Positions 28,115 through 35,972 of a DNA stretch of 64,000 bases are shown piece by piece. Made by a program: the position numbers and the translations under genes. The stretch is taken from assembly GCA_031401035.1 (NCBI GenBank), contig JANNRA010000032.1, positions 59,472-123,471 of the forward strand. The letters run 5' to 3'. Positions within the stretch are counted from its first letter, which is position 1, and every line of letters starts with the position of its first letter. The notes under the pieces were generated by a model, which saw only the letters and a program-made list of their open reading frames with translations, was not told the DNA's origin and ran no database searches. The DNA comes from a bacterium. Lineage in GTDB: Bacteria > Desulfobacterota > Binatia > HRBIN30 > CADEER01.

Positions 28115-28567
28115 ATGCGGAACTGGAGCGGCGTGGTGGTGACGGCGGTATTGGTCGCGAGCGTGGCGGCAGCGCCAGCTGACGACCCAGGGGTGACGCA
28201 GGGGCAGCAGCTGTTCACCCAGTATTGTGCCTCGTGTCACGGGCCGACCGGCAAGGGCGATGGACCGAAGGCTGCGGCGACGACCCCGAAGGCCTCGGAT
28301 CTGACGCAGATTGCCAAGGGCAACGAGGGCACGTTTCCGTTTTACGAAACCATGCTGATCATCGAAGGCCGGACGCCCGACGCCCAGAATCAGGACACCT
28401 CGCTGCCGGGGCTACCGAAGGCGCACGGAAGCGCCGGCATGCCGGCGTGGGGCGAGGTCTTCTCGCGACAGGAATTGTCGAAGGGAACCGCGCTCGACCT
28501 GCAACTGCAGACCACCGGTAAGATCATGATGATCACCGAGTACCTGCAGTCCATTCAGGCCAAGTGA
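28115..28567 (+). CDS. c-type cytochrome (class I, single haem)
   Basis: Signal peptide MRNWSGVVVTAVLVASVAAAPA, CASCHG haem-binding motif, and a distal Met region (GMPAWG). Confidence 0.7.
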   Translation: MRNWSGVVVTAVLVASVAAAPADDPGVTQGQQLFTQYCASCHGPTGKGDGPKAAATTPKASDLTQIAKGNEGTFPFYETMLIIEGRTPDAQNQDTSLPGLPKAHGSAGMPAWGEVFSRQELSKGTALDLQLQTTGKIMMITEYLQSIQAK

Positions 28568-29289
28568 GCGATATGCCGCCGGTGCGCGCACGCGGTGGAA
28601 CCGGCGGCTCGCGGCTCGGCGGTGCGGCGCCGCGGCAGACCACGCCGCGCCCTGGTACGCGCCTGCGCGCCTGCGTCGTGATCGCCAGCCTGCGCGGGTT
28701 CGACACGCTGGCGGTGCACCTCGAGCCAAAGCGCGTCGCGCCCCTGCTGCACGAGTTCCTCGCCGCCATCGCCGACGTTGCCGTCGCACACCATGCCCTT
28801 ATTGATACGGTGGTGGGCGATGGGGTCCTGCTGCTGTACGGGGTGCCGGCGCCGCGCCGCGACGACCCGATACGCGCGGTGCGTGCCGCCGCGGCGTTGC
28901 AGCGCGCGGCGCTGGCGTTGCGCAACCGCTGGCTGGCGGCGGGCAAGACGCGCGCCGCGGAGCTCGGGCTGGCCGTGGGCGTGGCCGCGGGCGAGGTGCT
29001 GGTCGTCGATCTCAGCGCTCGCGGCGGGAGTGCGGCGACGCCAATCGGAGAGCCGCTGCGCCGCGCGGAGCGCCTGTGCGCGGCGGCGCGCGGTGGCGAG
29101 ACCCTGATCGACGAGGCGACATACGCCAGCGCCGCGACCCGCCTCGACGGCGAACTGTCGTTCTCCGCTCGTCCTCTCGGCGGCCGCGCACGTGCATCGC
29201 GCGGCGGCGCCTACCGCGCTCAGCCGCGGCGCGCCGCCCTGCGCGTCGTTGCGCCGCGTGCGGTCGGCGCCGGCCGGCTCGCCGATTGA
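28564..29289 (+). CDS. Class III adenylate/guanylate cyclase catalytic-domain protein (no sensor domain)
   Basis: The GTG start overlaps the cytochrome stop (GTGA). Cyclase-homology-domain pattern: ...CVVIASLRGFDTLA...IDTVVGDGVLLLYG...LAVGVAAGEVLV...IGEPLRRAERLCAAARGGETLI. The C-terminal approximately 25 aa overlap pepA convergently and may be over-extended. Confidence 0.6.
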   Translation: MSDMPPVRARGGTGGSRLGGAAPRQTTPRPGTRLRACVVIASLRGFDTLAVHLEPKRVAPLLHEFLAAIADVAVAHHALIDTVVGDGVLLLYGVPAPRRDDPIRAVRAAAALQRAALALRNRWLAAGKTRAAELGLAVGVAAGEVLVVDLSARGGSAATPIGEPLRRAERLCAAARGGETLIDEATYASAATRLDGELSFSARPLGGRARASRGGAYRAQPRRAALRVVAPRAVGAGRLAD

Positions 29290-30740
29290 GCGCCGAAGCG
29301 GGTCAGCCAGCGCAGGACGGTGCGCACGCCGTAACCGCTCGCCCCTTTGGGGTGGCAGGCGAAGCCGTCCGACATGACGGTGCTGGAGAAGTCGATGTGC
29401 GCCCAGGGGAGGCCGGCGACGAACTCGCGTAGGAAGAGCGCCGCGACAATGGTGCCCGAGTGCCCCTCGCCGACGTTCTTCAGGTCGGCGACGCGGCTGT
29501 CGATGTCGCGCCGATAATCCTCGATCAGCGGCAGCTCCCAGAGCATTTCGTTGGCGTCGCCGGCGGCGGCGATGAGCTCGCCGATCAGGCGCCGGTCGCT
29601 GCCGAGCACGGCGGCGCAGCGCGGACCGAGCGCGGTGCGGACGACGGCGGTGAGGGTGGCGAAGTCGAGCATGCAGTCGGGGCGGCGACGCGCCGCGAAG
29701 GCGAGTGCGTCCGCCAGCACCAAGCGGCCTTCGGCATCGGTGTTGAGGACCTCAATCGTCGTGCCGTTGCAGGCGCGTAGCACGTCGCCCGGCCGGATCG
29801 CCGTGCCGCTCGGCATGTTCTCGGCGCTAGCCACGTAGGCGCGCACCTCGATCGGCAGCCGCAGGGCGGGCAGGGCCTGCATGACCCCGAGCACCACCGC
29901 CGCGCCGGCCATGTCGCGCTTCTGCGATTGCATGGAATCGGCCGTCTTCAGCGACAGGCCACCGCTGTCGAACGTGATGCCCTTGCCGATCAGGGCGATC
30001 CGTCGTTGCGGGCGCTTCGGCGTGTAACTGAGTTCGATCAGGCAGGGCGGCGCGGCGCTGCCCTGGCCGACGCCGAGGATCGCGCCCATACCGAGGCGGC
30101 GCAGGGCGCGACGGTCGTGCACGCGCACCTTCAGCCCTGGGGCGGCGAGGCGGCGTGCGGCGCGCGCCAGATCCATCGGCACGAGGTCCGCGGCTGGCGT
30201 GTTGGCGAGGTCACGAGCCAGACAGGTCGCCGCCGCCGCCACCTGGCCGAGGCGCACCGCCTCACGCAGCAACGGGTCAAGGCGGGGAACCTGCAGCGCG
30301 ACGCTGAGCGGCGCGGCGGGAATCGGTCGCGAGCGGTAGCGTGTGAAGGTATAGCGGGCGAGTGCCAGTCCTTCGGTCACCGCCTGGACCATCGCCGCCG
30401 TCACGGCGTCGCCGAGGGCCACGCCGACCCGTGTGACGCACAGCCGGGCGGCATGCCGAACGATCGCATCGGCGGCCTCGTACCAGAGGCCCAGGGTTGC
30501 GTGCTCGCCACCGCCAAGGAGGAGGATCGGAGCGGTACCGGAGGCGCCGGCGTGCACCCAGCACTCCTGCCCACGTGCCGCGGCGAAGCGGCGGCGGTGA
30601 ATCTCGGCGGCGACTGCGCCATCGAGGGCGGCGTCGAGCGCGCGCACTCCGGCATGGTCGGCGACTCGTCCGGTCACCGGCACGACCAACAGATCGGTCT
30701 TCAGGCGGGCTAACGGGGTGGTGCTGAGAGTTACGCTCAT
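29220..30740 (-). CDS. pepA: Leucyl aminopeptidase (M17 family)
   Basis: M17 signature NTDAEGRLVLADAL, plus the ...DMAGAAVV... and ...LIGKGITFDSGG metal-ligand motifs. Start is at MSVTLSTTPL; the upstream ORF extension was rejected. Confidence 0.85.
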   Translation of the reverse strand: MSVTLSTTPLARLKTDLLVVPVTGRVADHAGVRALDAALDGAVAAEIHRRRFAAARGQECWVHAGASGTAPILLLGGGEHATLGLWYEAADAIVRHAARLCVTRVGVALGDAVTAAMVQAVTEGLALARYTFTRYRSRPIPAAPLSVALQVPRLDPLLREAVRLGQVAAAATCLARDLANTPAADLVPMDLARAARRLAAPGLKVRVHDRRALRRLGMGAILGVGQGSAAPPCLIELSYTPKRPQRRIALIGKGITFDSGGLSLKTADSMQSQKRDMAGAAVVLGVMQALPALRLPIEVRAYVASAENMPSGTAIRPGDVLRACNGTTIEVLNTDAEGRLVLADALAFAARRRPDCMLDFATLTAVVRTALGPRCAAVLGSDRRLIGELIAAAGDANEMLWELPLIEDYRRDIDSRVADLKNVGEGHSGTIVAALFLREFVAGLPWAHIDFSSTVMSDGFACHPKGASGYGVRTVLRWLTRFGAQSASRPAPTARGATTRRAARRG

Positions 30741-31024
30741 GGGGCGTCCTGTCCGAGGCTGTGCTGCCCGAGATAGGCGAGCAGCGTGCTCTGTTCCGCG
30801 GCGGTGAGGGGCGCGACGCCGCGCCGGGCGAGTTCGCCCTGCATGCGCTGCACGATCATCGTCCACATCGGTGCGGTCATCGAGCCCGGGGCATAGAGCT
30901 GGTGGCAGCCGCCGCAGCGGCTGGCGTACAGGTGTGCGCCGGGGGTATCCGCAGCGGGTAGGCGCGCGTCACACGCCGCGGCGCTGATCGCCAGCAGCCC
31001 GGCGCCGGCGAGCAGGCGCCGCAT
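30737..31024 (-). CDS. Small secreted c-type cytochrome
   Basis: Signal peptide MRRLLAGAGLLAISAAA, CGGCH motif, and downstream Met. The 4-nt overlap with the pepA start suggests translational coupling. Confidence 0.6.
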   Translation of the reverse strand: MRRLLAGAGLLAISAAACDARLPAADTPGAHLYASRCGGCHQLYAPGSMTAPMWTMIVQRMQGELARRGVAPLTAAEQSTLLAYLGQHSLGQDAP

Positions 31025-31516
31025 TCACCCTTCACGACGGTGGATGGCGTGCTGTCCGCTGGTCTCCTCGACGCCGATTTCGATCGCGTCGAGGCCTGCC
31101 ACGCCCTCTGCGACCAGTTCGCGCCGCAGCTCGCCCGAGAGGTACTGCGCCAGCTCCTCGACCGACGTGTGAGCGATGGGCAGCAGGCGGACGTCGCCAC
31201 GCGGGAAGCGGAACTCGTCCTGCTCGTAGCGCAGCACGACGCCGTCGCCGTCTTCGCGCACGCTCAGACAGTCGCTGTGCACCGGGATGAGCACGTGCTC
31301 ATCCAGGTCGTCGCAGAGGCGCCGGGCGATGCGTTTGACGATGCCGAAATCGACCACGTAGCCCTGCGGGCCGAGGGGGCCATGCAGGGCGATCGAGACG
31401 CGGTAATTGTGGCCGTGCAGACGCTCGCGAAAGCCGGGATAGGCGATGAAGTGCGCGGCCGAAAACTTGAGGTAGTCCTTGGTGACGTGGACGCGGAACG
31501 ATTCGCGGGCGCTCAT
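31025..31516 (-). CDS. 6-pyruvoyl-tetrahydropterin synthase family protein (PTPS/QueD-like)
   Basis: ...FSAAHFIAYPGFRERLHGHNYRV... has the HGH zinc motif, is 163 aa, and is directly upstream of the small cytochrome gene. Confidence 0.8.
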   Translation of the reverse strand: MSARESFRVHVTKDYLKFSAAHFIAYPGFRERLHGHNYRVSIALHGPLGPQGYVVDFGIVKRIARRLCDDLDEHVLIPVHSDCLSVREDGDGVVLRYEQDEFRFPRGDVRLLPIAHTSVEELAQYLSGELRRELVAEGVAGLDAIEIGVEETSGQHAIHRREG

Positions 31517-31648
31517 GACCTCTCTCGGGCAGCGGAGTGAGCAACGAAGGTAGCATGCGTCCGGCGCCCGCACCATGCGGCGGCAGCGCCTTCACTGGTT
31601 GCGGCACAACGGCTTGCAGGCGTACGGTAAACGCGTCACAAGGGCCGC

Positions 31649-32821
31649 ATGCGCTACGACTTCACGCCTGAGCAGACGGCGTGGCGGGACGAGGTTCGCG
31701 CCTTCATCCGTGCCAACATCTCGCCCGCGCTGCTCGACGAACAGCGCCAGGCCGGCAACGAGGGCCGCGGTCCGTTGGCGCAGCAGTTCATCGTCACGCT
31801 GCGCGACCGCGGCTACTGGGGCCTCGCCTGGCCGCAGGAGTACGGTGGCCTCGGGCGCTCGGCGATCGACCAGTGGATTTTTGTCGACGAGCTCGAGGGC
31901 GCCGGGGCGCCGATGCTGCCGCTGGCGGTGACCTCGGTGGCGCCGACGATCATGCGCGTCGGTAGCGAGGCGCAGCGCAAGCAGTGGCTGCCGCGTATCG
32001 TCTCCACCGAGGTCGATTTTGCCGTGGCGTATTCCGAGTCCGAGGCCGGCACCGACATGGCCGCGCTGCGCACGCGCGCCGTCCTCGACGGCGACGAGTG
32101 GATCGTCACTGGGCAGAAGATGTGGAACACGATGGCGCACATGGCGACGCACAACTGGGTCGCGGTGCGCACCGAGCCCGAGGCGCCGAAGCACAAGGGC
32201 ATCTCGATGATCATCGTGCCAATGGACGCGCCGGGTGTGACCGTGACGCCGATCTACGTCTGGCCCGGACTGCGCACCAACGCGGTGTTCTTCGACAACG
32301 TGCGCGTGCCGCGCGACTACCTCATCGGCGAACGCGGCATGGGCTTCTACTACGCTGCGATGGCGCTCAACTTCGAACGGCTCTCGATCGGGTCGGTGGC
32401 CATGATCCGTCGCTACTTCCACGAGCTGGTCGCCGTGGTGCGCGAGTTGACGATCGACGGTCTCCCGGTGCGTCAGCAGCCGTGGGTGCGCGAGCGCCTG
32501 GCGCGGCTGGCGGTGGACATCGAAGCGGCGCGCATGATCGGCCTGGAGACCGCCTGGGCGCTCGAACAAGGCGCCGTCCCTGCCGCCCAGTCCTCGATGG
32601 CGAAGGTGTTCGTCAGCGAGCTGGCGCAGCGGGTGGCGGACGCCGGCACCGAGATACTCGGCCTGAACGGGCAACTGCACGCGGAGGAGCCGGCCGCGCT
32701 GCTCTTCGGCCGGATGCAGTGGATCTATCGCCTGGCGCCGATGCTGGCCTTCGGCGGCGGCACCAATGAGGTGCAGCGCAACATCATCGCGATGCTGGGC
32801 TACGGCCTGCCGCGCAAGTGA
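31649..32821 (+). CDS. Acyl-CoA dehydrogenase
   Basis: ...AVAYSESEAGTDMAAL..., ...GGGTNEVQRNIIA... at the C-terminus; 390 aa. Confidence 0.8.
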   Translation: MRYDFTPEQTAWRDEVRAFIRANISPALLDEQRQAGNEGRGPLAQQFIVTLRDRGYWGLAWPQEYGGLGRSAIDQWIFVDELEGAGAPMLPLAVTSVAPTIMRVGSEAQRKQWLPRIVSTEVDFAVAYSESEAGTDMAALRTRAVLDGDEWIVTGQKMWNTMAHMATHNWVAVRTEPEAPKHKGISMIIVPMDAPGVTVTPIYVWPGLRTNAVFFDNVRVPRDYLIGERGMGFYYAAMALNFERLSIGSVAMIRRYFHELVAVVRELTIDGLPVRQQPWVRERLARLAVDIEAARMIGLETAWALEQGAVPAAQSSMAKVFVSELAQRVADAGTEILGLNGQLHAEEPAALLFGRMQWIYRLAPMLAFGGGTNEVQRNIIAMLGYGLPRK

Positions 32822-32834
32822 GGAGCGACCGGGC

Positions 32835-33920
32835 ATGCAGCTCTCTCCCAGTCCGGAACAACAGGACCTCGTCGATGCGGTGGAACGTTTCTGCCTGGAG
32901 CAGGTGACGCCGGAGCGCCTGCACACCTGGCAGGGTGCGTCGCGCGGCATCGACGCCACGACCTGGGCGGCCATCGCCGGCCTCGGCTGGTTCGGCCTCG
33001 GCGTGCCCGAGGCACGCGGGGGCAGCGGCCTCGGCCTGGTCGATGTGGCGCTGTTGCTACAGGCGTGCGCGCGCGGCCTCGTCCCGCGCGCCGTGATCAA
33101 CGCGATTCGGGCGGCGTGGGCCCTGGCTCGCCTCGACGCGGACGCACCGGAACTCGCAGGCCTCGTCAGCGGCGGGCGCGTCCTGGCACTGGCGCTGGAC
33201 GAGCAGTACGCGCGCGAGCCGCGCCAGTTCGCCACTGTGCTCGAGGGCGGCGGCCCGGCCCGCCTGCGCGGTGAGAAGTGGTATGTCGCCAACGGCATCA
33301 GCGCCGACTGGCATCTCGTGGCGGCGCGTGACGGCGCCGGGCTCTCGTTCGCCCTGGTGGCCGGCGAGACCGCGCAGCGGCAGGTGCTGCGCACTTTCGA
33401 CGGCGAGGAGCAGGCCCGCGTGCGCTACGCCGGCGTTGCGGTGCAGCGCCTGGTCGGAGCGACCGGGACCGCGGAACGGTCGCTGCGTCTGCTGCGACGC
33501 GAGGCGACGGCGCTGGCGTTAGCCGAAATGGTTGGAGGCATGCAGGCGGCCCTCGATACGACCGTCGCCTATGTCAAGGAACGCGAACAGTTCGGGCAGA
33601 AGATCGCCGTCTTTCAAGCGGTCCAGCACCAAGTGGCGGACATGGCGATCGCTTTCACGGCGGCGCGGCATCTCGCCTGGCAGGCGATCTCCCGCGTGGC
33701 GGCGGGCAGCGAGCAGGGCGGGGAGCTGGAGATCGCGGTTGCCTACGCCGGACCGGCGTTCAAGCGCATCACGTTGACGGCGCATCACCTGCACGGCGGC
33801 GCCGGGTTTGTGGTCGAGCATCCGCTGCACCACCACAGTGAGCGGGCACAGGCGCTCACCATCCGCTTTGCCCCAGAAGCGCCGGCATTGGACAGCGTTG
33901 CGAGCGCGCTCCTGGACTGA
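32835..33920 (+). CDS. Acyl-CoA dehydrogenase-like protein (probable partner subunit)
   Basis: It has the ACAD fold (MQLSPSPEQQDLVDAVERF..., ...LHGGAGFVVEHPLHHHSERAQAL) but a degenerate catalytic region, as in heteromeric FadE pairs. Start is 13 nt after the upstream ACAD stop. Confidence 0.65.
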   Translation: MQLSPSPEQQDLVDAVERFCLEQVTPERLHTWQGASRGIDATTWAAIAGLGWFGLGVPEARGGSGLGLVDVALLLQACARGLVPRAVINAIRAAWALARLDADAPELAGLVSGGRVLALALDEQYAREPRQFATVLEGGGPARLRGEKWYVANGISADWHLVAARDGAGLSFALVAGETAQRQVLRTFDGEEQARVRYAGVAVQRLVGATGTAERSLRLLRREATALALAEMVGGMQAALDTTVAYVKEREQFGQKIAVFQAVQHQVADMAIAFTAARHLAWQAISRVAAGSEQGGELEIAVAYAGPAFKRITLTAHHLHGGAGFVVEHPLHHHSERAQALTIRFAPEAPALDSVASALLD

Positions 33921-33942
33921 GCAGGCGCGCGCGGCATCGCGC

Positions 33943-34260
33943 CTAGAGGTCGGCCAGCTCGGCGTCGAGCGGCAGCGGGAGAAACGGTTCGAGCAGCGTA
34001 TCGACGGTAGCCACGGCGAAGGTGATGCCTCCGAGAATGAGCAACCGTACGGCTGTGTAGTCCGCCGCGGTGACACCCTCGATGAGCGGCAGGCCGACGA
34101 CCGCGATTCCGGCGAACACCGCGGTGACCGCGAGCGAGTTGGCAGCAAGTTTCAAGCGCAGGACGCGGCAGGCGATGGTGAGGGCCAGAAACACCCCGAT
34201 GGCGCTGAATACGTAGAACGGAATCAGGAAGAACCAATGCACGAGTGGGAGAGCCTCCAA
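33943..34260 (-). CDS. Hypothetical small membrane protein (3 predicted TM helices)
   Basis: MEALPLVHWFFLIPFYVFSAIGVFLALTIACRVL... is hydrophobic with coding-like GC3. No family was recognised. Confidence 0.4.
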   Translation of the reverse strand: MEALPLVHWFFLIPFYVFSAIGVFLALTIACRVLRLKLAANSLAVTAVFAGIAVVGLPLIEGVTAADYTAVRLLILGGITFAVATVDTLLEPFLPLPLDAELADL

Positions 34261-35453
34261 TGCGAGCCGTAGGGGTCGGGTCGGGGAAAGTCAATGTGCA
34301 ACGCGCCGCCGCGCTGCAGGCGCTCGCCGCCGCATTGCGCCGGGTCGCCTATGGGCCCGAGCGTCTGCGGGAGTGCCTGGGCGTGCGCTATCCGGACGAC
34401 GTCGGGCTGCTGAACCATGCGCCGGCTGTGGCGCGCTGCGCCGGTTCTGCTGCCGCCGACATCGCCGCGCGCCTCTTCTATCTGGAGAACCCGGAGTCGC
34501 CCGCCGCAGTGCGGCGCCTGCTGGGCGCGGCGGACACGCGCGCGCTGACCGAGGCCGGGCTGCTGCGCGCGGCGGCGGGACGCCTGCGCGCGCGCTTGCG
34601 CGTCGACGTGCACGGCGGGCTGCTGCTGCTCGCGGACCGCCGTTTCGCCGCCCCCGATGCCACCGCGCTGGGCCTGCCGCGCGGGGACATGGTGTACCCG
34701 CCGGGGACCGACTCGGTCATGCTGGCCGAGGCGGTGCCGACGCGCGAAGGGGAGCGGGTGCTCGATCTCTGCACCGGCAGTGGTATCCAGGCCCTGCAGG
34801 TCGCGCCACGCGCCGCCGGCGTGACCGCGGTCGACATCGGCCTGCGGGCGGCGGCGCTGGCGCGGTGCAATGCCGCCTTGAACGGCATCGTCGGCGTCAC
34901 GGTGCGCCAGGGCGATCTGTATGCGCCGGTCCGCGGCGAGCAGTTCGACCTGGTGATCGCCAACCCGCCCTTCGTGCCCGCGCGACGACGCGGCCCGGCC
35001 TATCACTCCGGCGGACCGCGCGGTGATCGCGTCCTGCGCCGTGTCGTCGCAGGGCTGGAGGCGCACCTCCGACCCGGGGGCCGCGCCATAGCCATCTCGC
35101 ATCTGGCGCTGCGGCGGGGCGAAACGCTGCAGAGCGCGGTCGGGCCGTGGCTGCGCGGCTTCGCCGGTCGCGCGCTGATCGTCGTCCTCGAGCGCGGTAC
35201 ACCGATCGACCTCGCCGCGGCGCAATCGCTGTTTGCCCTCGAGGAGGGCCTGGCCGCGTACGGGCGCGAGGTGCGCGACTGGCTCGCCTACCTGCATCGG
35301 CAACGGATCGGCGAGGTTGTCGCGCTGTTGCTGGTCGCAGAGCGCGGACCGCGGCGTCGCCTCGAGGTACGCGATGGCGCCCCGCGCTCGCTTCCGATCC
35401 CGCTCTCGCAGCCGCCACCGGTGATGGTGAAGAACTGGTTGGCGGGCAGCTGA
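34245..35453 (+). CDS. Class I SAM-dependent methyltransferase (HemK/PrmC-like NPPF motif) with an N-terminal extension
   Basis: VLDLCTGSGIQAL (motif I) and DLVIANPPFVPA (motif IV, N-methyltransferase type), preceded by an N-terminal domain of about 150 aa with unknown function. Confidence 0.7.
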   Translation: MGEPPMRAVGVGSGKVNVQRAAALQALAAALRRVAYGPERLRECLGVRYPDDVGLLNHAPAVARCAGSAAADIAARLFYLENPESPAAVRRLLGAADTRALTEAGLLRAAAGRLRARLRVDVHGGLLLLADRRFAAPDATALGLPRGDMVYPPGTDSVMLAEAVPTREGERVLDLCTGSGIQALQVAPRAAGVTAVDIGLRAAALARCNAALNGIVGVTVRQGDLYAPVRGEQFDLVIANPPFVPARRRGPAYHSGGPRGDRVLRRVVAGLEAHLRPGGRAIAISHLALRRGETLQSAVGPWLRGFAGRALIVVLERGTPIDLAAAQSLFALEEGLAAYGREVRDWLAYLHRQRIGEVVALLLVAERGPRRRLEVRDGAPRSLPIPLSQPPPVMVKNWLAGS

Positions 35454-35493
35454 AGCGCTGTTCGGCGTCGGCGAAACCGATTAGAGGACTCAT

Positions 35494-35934
35494 ATGAATC
35501 CACGCGCTGTTGCCCTGGCCGCTGCTGCAACCCTCATCGTGGCCGGATGCAGCTCTGTGACGCCGACGCTGTATCCGAACGACCAGTACAATCGCGTCGG
35601 CGCCGCCAGGGCGGACGAGGACGTCGCCGCCTGTCAGCAGCAAGCCGAGGCGTACGTGAAGACCGGCGGCGGCAGCGGCCCCGGCGTCGGCGAGACAGCG
35701 CGCAACACCGGCGTTGGGGCTGCGGTGGGCGCTGCCAGTGGCGCCGTCGGCGGCGCGATCGGTGGCAACGCCGGAGAGGGCGCGGCGATCGGCGCCGCCA
35801 GCGGCGCGACAGCCGGTCTGCTCGGAACTCTGTTCGGGTGGATGTTCCAGCCCAGTCAACCCAACCCCACCTATCGCGCGTTCGTCGAGAAGTGCCTGCG
35901 CGACAAGGGATACGAGCCGATTGGCTGGCAGTAG
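35494..35934 (+). CDS. Glycine-zipper lipoprotein
   Basis: Lipobox LIVAGCSS after the signal peptide. Gly/Ala zipper GVGAAVGAASGAVGGAIGGNAGEGAAIGAASGATAGLLG. The ATG is 40 nt after the upstream stop. Confidence 0.65.
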   Translation: MNPRAVALAAAATLIVAGCSSVTPTLYPNDQYNRVGAARADEDVAACQQQAEAYVKTGGGSGPGVGETARNTGVGAAVGAASGAVGGAIGGNAGEGAAIGAASGATAGLLGTLFGWMFQPSQPNPTYRAFVEKCLRDKGYEPIGWQ

Positions 35935-35972
35935 GCTGGGCCCGGCCACGGCGGGCGCCGCGCGCCGCTGAT

